Shown one piece after another: positions 51,398 through 59,686 of a stretch of 64,000 nt of DNA. The position numbers and the translations under genes are program-made. This DNA is from Monocercomonoides exilis PA203 (lineage: Eukaryota > Protista > Preaxostyla). Each line of letters begins with the position of its first letter. Position 1 is the first letter of the stretch. The stretch is taken from assembly GCA_001643675.2 (NCBI GenBank), contig LSRY02000010.1:620001-684000 (forward strand), in the 5' to 3' direction. Under the pieces are notes generated by a model. The model was given only the letters and a program-made list of their open reading frames with translations, searched no databases and was not told where the DNA came from.

Positions 51398-51654
51398 GGG
51401 TGATTATTTTTGAAAACATAACTTTTTTCGGTGTGGATATTTTTTGAAACTTGTTGATTTTTGGAAAAAAATATTTGTTTTCAAATGCACAATTCATAAC
51501 GACTGTGTTTGTAATTTGTGTTTTTTCTCAAATGAAGATGATGATTTCTTTAATAAGTTTTTTCCTTTTTCAGTGTTCTTTTGTTGATATTCAAGGAAAA
51601 TTTTCGAACCGAAATTTTTGAAAGAAAAAAATTTGATATCAAAAATAATCACCC
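51398..51654 (+). mobile_element. 257-bp MITE of the GGGTGA family, TSD ATAT
   Basis: ATAT|GGGTGATTATTTTTGA...TCAAAAATAATCACCC|ATAT; interior homologous to the reverse complement of 53740-53997. Confidence 0.85.
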
Positions 51655-52256
51655 ATATGTTATTATTAAAGCGATTTGTTAGATATTGCTCAAATTCAAA
51701 ACATCAAAAGCTTGGAGATTTAAGGAACTTGTGTTGATACGAATTCAAGCACTTTTATCCTAATTATTCAAAGAGAAACTTCAGTGTGGCATTGAACTCC
51801 TATTATCTTGCTTTGTTGAACGTTCTTTTATTGAAGAAAATGTATTCAAGTGATAAAAACTAATTCATTTTGATCAAAATATGTTTTTAAATCAAAAATT
51901 CTTTAAAGACATATTCTGAAAAAAAAAAATCAATGTATGATTAACAATAAAGAGTTTGATTAAATTTTCATAAAAAATATTGAATTTCATTAACTGTAAT
52001 GGGTGATGTTTTTTGATCTGTGGTGATTTTTCAAAAATTTTCACCCATATCAACAAGATTAAATATGAGAACTGCTTTGTTTTTTTGTTGTGAATGAATT
52101 ATCCGAAAGATTAAATAATTTCAAATGGAAAAACTCAAAAATCCGAAACGATGTGATTGCAGCATTGATAGATAATAAAAAGAATCGCGAAAAGAATAAT
52201 AAGAAGATTTTATGAGAAGTGACAATTTTGCTGAACTGTGAACAAATGCATTCTTC

Positions 52257-54248
52257 TCAATAAAAGTTATGAACCAAAATTAAAAATTGATCCCCAAGCG
52301 CTTTCTCGAGTGTATTTTCTTTTCTTTTTTTCACCGGTTTGCAGTTCATTTTCGGAAGAATTTTCTGATGGTTAACATGTTCGTTTTCTGTTATAGGCAA
52401 TTTGCACATAACATCATCGCATTCAATGGTTTTCTTTTCTTGTTTCTGAGTTTTGAAAGTTTCTGTATTTTCAGATATGCAAGAGCTTTTGTCCATTATG
52501 TTCGATGATTCGTTTTCACAACATTTCGAAGTGTTATGTTTCAATGAAAAACTAGTAGGAAGACTTTTTTCTTTTTTTCTAATTAAATGGTGAAGTTTTC
52601 GAAGAAATCATCCCCTGTTATTAATTTCAGGCTGATGCTGTTTGCACGTGAAGAATCGTTTGAAGATTTTTCAACCATCGAAGAGGCTTCAATGTTCTGC
52701 GGAAGACACTGATAAACGGCAGAAGTGTCAAACGGATGAATTCCACATTCTGCAAATGATTTTCAAACAATTTTCGGGCAAAGAAAATAGATGACTGCAT
52801 CAGAAACAGCTGGAATTAATGCTTTTCGGTAGGAAGATATAGAGGAATCTGAAGGAACTTGAAATGATTTTTTCAAGCAATTCTTGAAATGCGCAAATAC
52901 AAATCTGTCCAAGGGCTGAGTCAGGTGCGTAGTATGTGAAGGAAGAATAAGAAGATGTATCAAATGTTTTCTGCACCAAGACATTACCGGAAAACAAAGG
53001 CGAGACGTGAGGCCATCGAGAATAATTAAAGCACGAGCAGATGATCCATGCAACTCGATTCTTTTCTCATTAATTTTGTGCAAAAATATTTCTGTCATTA
53101 TCATTTCTAAATCATTTCCACTCATCCATCCAGTTCCATTAGCGAAACAGTTAATTCGGTGGTATTTTCATTCTTTAAGATCCACGGATAGCGTGTGGGA
53201 CGGCCACAACATGATCGGATCCAAAGATGTGCCATCAGCAAATATAGTGAAAAACAATGTTACGTTTTTGCGTCTTTGCGACTCAGGAATAAGAGTGCAT
53301 TGTGTTTCTTTTGAAACAACTATTTTTTCTTCTGACTGTTTCATTTATACTCCTGTTTCATCCATATTGATGATCAAGTCAGAAGAAATTTGATTGTCAT
53401 TTATCACTTTTTTCTATAAAGAGAACCAACTTCTCATATTTTCTATTGTTGAACACTGAAGTCGACGAAGATCAATATATTTTGGTTTAATCAATTTCAA
53501 TAAATTGGATTTCTCTATAAATCTGCGAGCCCATTTTGCACTAATTTTAAATCACTTCAAAGAAGGTGTCTGGTCCTTGTTTTTTTTAATCATAACATTT
53601 TCTGCCTGTTAAAAATAAAATTGATTGATTTATCAAAATTAAAAACGACAGACAAATCTGATGATATCTGAAACAGTTGTTTTATTTGAAGAAAATATTT
53701 GAGCGATTGCACAATCCTCAATTTCTTCTTCTTCTTCTTGTGTGACTATTTTTGAAATCATATTTTTTTCAAACAAAATTTTCGGTTAAAAATAAGATCT
53801 TGAATATTATAAAATGAACATTGAAAAGAGAAAAGGCTTATTGAATTCATTTTAATCTTTGATTCGGAAAAACCATTTGTTTAAAATAACAATTATTAAG
53901 ATTTTTCTCTTTTGAATTTAAATGTTTCTTTCAAAAATTAACAATCTTTGAATAATATACACACCGAAAAAAGATATGATTTCAAAAATAATCACCCTCT
54001 TTGTCAAACAATCCTGGACGTCCAATATGATGAGGATATCTTCCTGCTTTTATTGAAGCAATGTGTCGGTAAACTGATGAATGTGAAATGTTTTTGTCTT
54101 TTACGAGATCAGAAGGTTTCACTCCATCTTGTTTTAATAGATAATCAACTTTTTCGGACTTTGTTGGTTATCTGCGGTATTCTGCGGAGGCCTTTATTGG
54201 TGACAACTTTTTGTCCGTCAGAGGGGGTGAGATTTGTGCTTTTTTCAT
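52257..54248 (-). pseudogene. pogo/Fot-type transposase pseudogene (HTH, CENP-B-type HTH, DDE_1, DD35D) with a 48-nt intron (53653-53606) and a MITE insertion (53997-53740)
   Basis: ATG 54248; ISHSSVYRH...GRPGLFDK/EEEEEIEDC...FKISAKWARRF; NMDETG; GWMS; LIILDGLTSR; LPSHTTHLTQPLD (35 residues between 2nd and 3rd Asp); KSFAECGIHPFD. At least six in-frame stops and no frameshift until ~52570. Confidence 0.9.
53740..53997 (-). mobile_element. 258-bp MITE of the GGGTGA family inserted in the transposase, TSD AAGA (TCTT on +)
   Basis: TCTT at 53736-53739 and 53998-54001. Removing the element plus one TSD restores the in-frame sequence GRPGLFDKEEEEEIEDC. The minus-strand end GGGTGATTATTTTTGAAATCATATCTTTTTTCGGTGTG matches the start of the 51398 copy. 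Confidence 0.85.
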
Positions 54249-54443
54249 TCGATTAATGGAAATATGATCAACAAAATTTATAATGTCTATCAACAGGAGA
54301 TAAGCAAGATTTAAAAAACCTTACAAAAAATATAATAAAAGTTTGTCTGATTAATTTTTTTTCAATTTGTTTGGAAGTTGAATTCACATTTGAAATATGA
54401 TTTTGTCACAGAAATGTCCCGGGTTTTGTCAAGGACTATAATA

Positions 54444-54849
54444 TAGTTAGTGTTAATAATGGTGGACACTTTCAATAACTGTGGACAGTAGCATTTTCTC
54501 AACAACCGTTGATAGTTGCTTTTTGACAATTAACCCAATTATTCCTTCAAAGAATATGAACTTATTAGTCATTCAAAGATGAAACAACTTGCTCTGCAGA
54601 ATTTTGAAAAAAACATTTTTAATTTACGGAGAAACTACGAAAATTTAATTTCTTAGGGTTTCTCCGAAAATTAAAAATGTTTTTTTCAAAATTCTGCAGA
54701 GCAAGTTGTTTCATCTTTGAATGACTAATAAGTTCATATTCTTTGAAGGAATAATTGGGTTAATTGTCAAAAAGCAACTATCAACGGTTGTTGAGAAAAT
54801 GCTACTGTCCACAGTTATTGAAAGTGTCCACCATTATTAACACTAACTA
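54444..54849. mobile_element. 406-bp near-perfect palindromic (fold-back) MITE flanked by TA
   Basis: TA|TAGTTAGTGTTAATAATGGTGGACACT...AGTGTCCACCATTATTAACACTAACTA|TA; ~190-bp arms essentially identical, with a short imperfect centre at ~54636-54657. Confidence 0.92.
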
Positions 54850-55203
54850 TACATTTGCATATTATCTTAAAGAATAATAAAAATAGGAAAATCTTATAAA
54901 TATCAATTTCAGAAACAAGAAAATTAATTAAAATTATATTTATTATTTTTGTTTTGAAGTGATTTTCTCTGAATGAAATGAAAACAGATATATTTTTTTT
55001 ATCAAAAAATATTTGACATGAAGAATGAAGAATTAACAAAATAGTCAGATAAGGAATGATTTTAATTTATAAAAAAATTCGACAGAAATAATTGTGAAGT
55101 TTGCACATTATTTCTAAAAATTTCTCGATCAAATAAAGCATAGATCTAGTTTTTCCATTAGATCAGACTTTGTTGAGATTTTTAAAGAAAGTGTATCTTA
55201 AAG

Positions 55204-56949
55204 ATGGAATCAAACACAAATTCGAAAATCCGATTGATTACCGTATGCATTAACATTGAGTCTATTCATTGCCTCAAATTATTTTTTGTGATTACAAAAA
55301 TTTCAATGATAGCCCGGAGAAGCAGTGCACATGATTGTTACTCTGAAAAAATGCCCCGAACATGCAAAAAAAGTGCTGTCAGATCTTATGACATTGTATT
55401 CTCTTAGTTTGCTTTGTGCATTCAGTTTTAATAAATCATGTTATTCAATTTTAAAGATCCCCAAAACGGTGATGTTCTTTTGGAGGAAGGAATTTTGTCT
55501 GTTTTAACAAAGGTCATTGCGGCTTCTGAAGGTGATGTACGAGAACTTGCACTTGGTCTTTCGTCTTTGTTAAGCGGGCACGTATCAATGAAAGCTGATG
55601 ATGGAGAGCCTTCCAAGACAACAGAAATTCATGAAACACTTGTTAAAAATGCTCAATCTTTGACAAAGGTTTGCATCGAAGATTTAATCACGTGATATAA
55701 TAATACTTTTTTTCAGTCTCCAAATCCTAGAACACGTGTTATTGGATTGGACACATTGACGCAACTGGTTACAATGGCTCCAGAATTTAGAAGTTTCATA
55801 GCCGAACTTCCTTTGCTCCGTGAAGCAGAAAGTGTTCTTCTTACGGAAGTAATTCCTTGCGTTGAATGCGATTCTGCAAGTTCGTCTTCTGTTGCATCAT
55901 TGCCAACTGCTGATGGACCATTAATTGTGACTGCTGAGGTGAAGACTGCCATGCTGCGTCTGCTGAGAGAACTTGTATCTGTTGGAGTGGACATTGCAAA
56001 CGAAGAGAAAATTGCAGCTGCAGCTGCTGAACTTACTCACGATTCTGAGCGCTCTGTGAAGGATGCTGCCCTTCTTCTGTTGGCAGAAATGGGAACAATG
56101 CATCAACAATGCGGAGTTAAGAAGGATACAAACGCTGCAGCAGGTATCGTGCTGGGATTCACTGGATTTGATTCATATGTCGAGAAAGTTCGAAGCTGCG
56201 AAGAATTTGAGTCTCAGGTGGAAAAAGAAAAAGAACAATTGAAAGAGCTTATTCTCAAAGAGGCAAAAGACAGAGAAGAGCAGTTTTCACAGCAACTTAA
56301 GAAAGTCCGCAGCGAAAAAGAAGAATTGGAGAACCAATACGAGCAACTCAAAATTGAAAACACAAAACTGAAGGAAGACATTGCGAAATTTGCTCTTGCT
56401 GCTGCTGGAGATCCAGTTGAGATTGGCTGGGAAGACACAGAAGGCAATGCGAATGTTGCAAAAGAAGAGAACCACACAATGAAGTGGATAAAGAACAGTA
56501 CTTACACAGCGCTGACAAAAGAGCCTATTACATCCGGAATCTGGGAATGCACAATTGTTCTTGAAGGACCAGGAATGTCCTATGCGATTGGAATTGCCGA
56601 TGAATCAGCAATCACTGCGCCGCGCAACAAATATCTTGACTGGCTTCCAAAGGGAGGAGAAATCAACTCTGCTGGAGTGATCTGGCATTCGAACGGGAAG
56701 AGAGGAGGCAGCAACCGCCAGCCCAAAAAGGGAATGGAGATTTCTATGGAAATTGATATGGAGCAGCGGAGATGTGTCTTTTTCTATGACAATGGCCAGC
56801 AGCCAGTGTTCTACACAGAGCTACCTGATGCTGTGCGTGTTGGTGTTACATCAGCGAATGAGGGATTCACTGCTCGCATTGTGCTGTTCAAGAAAGCTGA
56901 AGCACGGAAATATGAAGCTGCTGCAAAGGAATACCCAGTTCCCATTTAG
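55204..56949 (+). CDS. Protein with ARM/HEAT-like N-terminus, coiled coil and C-terminal SPRY/B30.2-like domain; 4 exons (55204-55242, 55313-55406, 55458-55668, 55717-56949)
   Basis: Three 48-70-nt GT-AG introns give one continuous frame; heptad-rich EKEKEQLKELILKE...; EPITSGIWECTI...IGIAD...GMEISMEIDMEQRRCVFFYDNGQQP is SPRY-like. Confidence 0.72.
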
Positions 56950-57814
56950 AATTTAGAGAAAAAATAACAATAAAATGGAGCAGAAGGCAATAGTTGCCAT
57001 AAAAGAAGACAATTTATTTTTGTTTGTTTATTTGTTCATATGAGTTGTCTATTTGCAATTTTCAAAAAGGTATTTTAAATCCTATTTGAAAGATGTTTTA
57101 GATATATCTGTGAACAAATAACTACATTTTTAATAACGTTGCATATGCTCCAGTTTTGAATACTATGTTGCATCTCTATCATTCCAATATTTCTGAAATT
57201 ATCAGTAAATTGATGCCTTTGTTGTTTGAGCGCTTTTTTTTTTATTTATTGTTTTGAATATTGTTTTGGAGTTTTTTTTTTCAAAGTTTTTAATCTGTGA
57301 TCTGTTGAGCAGCATTTTTTTAATCTTTCTGTATAATCGTACCAGATAAGCAATAATGTCATATTGAAGCTAACAAAATTCATTTTGATACGAGAAATAA
57401 ATTTGAATATTAAGTTTCAAAAATTTTTTCTTATTGGGTTCAAATAAGAGAGAACATGAATATTTTCTTCACTTGCTTTAATATGAAATTCTACAAATAA
57501 ACGTATATCATGATTCTTTCTCTTAGGCCACATTTTTTGTTCTCGTTTCGAAATTATAAAATCTGTTTTTTTCAAACAAAATTCAAAACATTTGTCAATC
57601 CAAAAAAAATTTCGTAACATTCAACTTTGTGTTTTTTACGCAAAAGCATTCTGAAGAAAAGAAAGAAAGAAAAATAATAGAGATTTATAGTACTTTTAAT
57701 TTGAAGTTTGCATGAAGAAAACATAAAGAAAAGCTCCATTGAAATGCAGAGTAAACATTCCTGTTGTGAAAGTTATCGGAATACCAAGTTACCGAATCGA
57801 CGCAAAAATTGGTT

Positions 57815-58138
57815 TTATCCCAAAAAGCTTGAGATAATAAAGAAGATCAATCCGTTGCATGCAAGATAAGACATGAAAGACATTTCAGGCGATATGTTGA
57901 AAAATTCTTTTGGATCCGTAAGTTGCATTCGAAGATTAACTGTGAACACTAACGGTCCGGCGCATGCAAATATCGCTGATATAAATGCATTGTATGGTGC
58001 AGTCGAAAAGACAATTCCGTACGCAAAAACAGACACAGTCATAAATGCACAAAAGATGATAAATAAGTCAAGAAATTGAACGAGAACAGCATTATTAGCT
58101 CTGTATTTTTTCCATGTCGAGGAAATAACTGACATCAT
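57815..58138 (-). CDS. DAD1: Oligosaccharyltransferase subunit DAD1/OST2 (107 aa)
   Basis: Three hydrophobic segments; LDLFIIF, PYNAFISA, VNLRMQL, FFNISPEMSF and terminal FLG match DAD1 motifs (PFNSFLSG, LRIQ, ISPERAF, NFLG). Confidence 0.88.
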   Translation of the reverse strand: MMSVISSTWKKYRANNAVLVQFLDLFIIFCAFMTVSVFAYGIVFSTAPYNAFISAIFACAGPLVFTVNLRMQLTDPKEFFNISPEMSFMSYLACNGLIFFIISSFLG

Positions 58139-58280
58139 TGCGTTTGAACTTTGACTTTTTGAAGAAGAACAAAAGCTTATGATCACAATTAACCCTTTAT
58201 ATCATACTTGAAGATTTTTTATTTTTGAAAAAAAAATTTCTTTATCAAAACAATTCCAAATAAAAAGTTTTTATAATAAA

Positions 58281-59528
58281 TCAAAATTTAGGTTTGAAAC
58301 GTTTTGATATAATTTCTTCTGCATCTCTTTCATTCCTCATTTCAACTCCAATAACTTGGTCAGTTGTTATCAAAACATCTAAAATACAATGATGAGAAAG
58401 TCCCTCAATAATATCTTCAATTCCTTCTTCCTCACCCGATTCTTTTATCATTAAAATCAATTTACAGACGCAATTTTCCGAAGTTTCAGAGTCAGACGGT
58501 TCCTGAAAAACAGAAAATTTCCCCTTTTCAATGAGAGATGCATAATCTTTATGAAGTCGGCTTAAAAGGCACAATAATGAATCCAAAATCTCGCAAATTA
58601 ACCACGAATCCCATCCATTAATCAAACTGCTTATTAAAGTTGCTGCGATTCCATTAGCGAAGAGTGTTTCAATATCTTTCGTTTCTTTGCTTTTCCATAA
58701 AGAGTTGCACACACTAATTGCGCCTTGAGTGATACAACAAGAATTAATTTCGTCAAGTTCTGTTTTTCGTTTAAATTGGTCATCTTTTTCGCTTTTGTTG
58801 AGTAATCTTTCAAAAAGCTTTGATGACTTCCTTATATCCAAGGCAAACAAAAGAAAAGATATGAATGATGGTGAAAGCTCGCATATCTCGGTAAATGTTG
58901 CATATTTCTTTGAAAATGAATTCGACATAATGCGGAAAAAGGCTAGAAAATCCAAGTGGTGAATTTCATCATCGAATTGAGCATTATGCGACGTTACATC
59001 CGGAAGAATTGGATATGAAATACTTGACTTGTGTCTCGATTTTTTCTTTTTTCGTTTCAGTAATTGCAGTTGATATTTCGAAAAAGTTAGAGAAGAAACT
59101 GTCCTTTCATGATTCTTTTTTGAACGATTAACTGAAACATTTTGAAGTGATGGCTGAATTTGTTCTGCAAAATAAAAAAAAAGATTTATCAAATTAGAAG
59201 ATGATATAAAAAGGAATCTTCATATTTTATCATTAATAAAAAAACCTGATTTTTTATGCTGGATTATTGTGGAAATAGAATTTGTACAATTTGTGCACCA
59301 CTCACAACACAATTTTATTATAATTTCAATTTCTTGCTTAATAATAATCTTTTCTTTCATGTCACAGGAGTGCATATATATATTACGAATATCTAAATTA
59401 AAAAATCGTATTTTATTTTTTAAAACCGTTGATTAAACTACTCACAGTTGCATACAATTAAATCTTTCTTCAAATATTTTAAGTGAGCTTATGTTTTGAT
59501 TAAACGATAATTGTTTGATAGCTTCCAT
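58281..59528 (-). CDS. Hypothetical helical-repeat-like protein; large last exon ~59165-58281 and small upstream exons (structure approximate)
   Basis: ~290 open codons preceded by a TTTTGCAG acceptor near 59165; candidate ATG at 59528 (MEAIKQLSFNQN); no family recognised. Confidence 0.55.
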
Positions 59529-59686
59529 TAAAGTGTTTTCCTTTCTTGTTGGTTTATATTATTTTTATCAAAAAAGCATCAACAATATTTCTTTTTTAAA
59601 TGATCAATGATCAAATATGCCTTTATCAGTTGTGAATTTTTCTTTCTTTTATTTTTTGGCGATTTCTAGCTTGTAACCTCATAATA

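Larger units (their letters stand above)
46816..52046. mobile_element. 5,231-bp TIR element (GGGTGA...TCACCC, 4-bp TSD ATAT) nested in the pogo element and carrying a decayed host-like gene
   Basis: Perfect 24-bp TIR GGGTGAAAATTTTTGAAAAATCAC (46816-46839) / GTGATTTTTCAAAAATTTTCACCC (52023-52046); ATAT at 46812-46815 and 52047-52050. Confidence 0.8.
46745..54438 (-). mobile_element. pogo/Fot-like (Tc1/mariner superfamily) DNA transposon, 7,694 bp including nested insertions (~2.2 kb without them)
   Basis: 24-bp TIRs TAGTCCGTGACAAAACCCGGGACA (46745-46768) and TGTCCCGGGTTTTGTCAAGGACTA (54415-54438), 1 mismatch, each flanked by TA; GACAAAACCCGGGACA repeated at 46771-46786; internal DD35D transposase pseudogene. 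Confidence 0.88.

Noticed and set aside
52570-54248. In-frame stops without frameshifts in the transposase, suggesting stop-codon reassignment, readthrough or RIP-like mutation
   Set aside because: All three stop types occur and not all are plausibly C-to-T changes. Host genes end in TAA, TAG and TGA, and a 9,363-codon exon contains none, so ordinary decay explains it.
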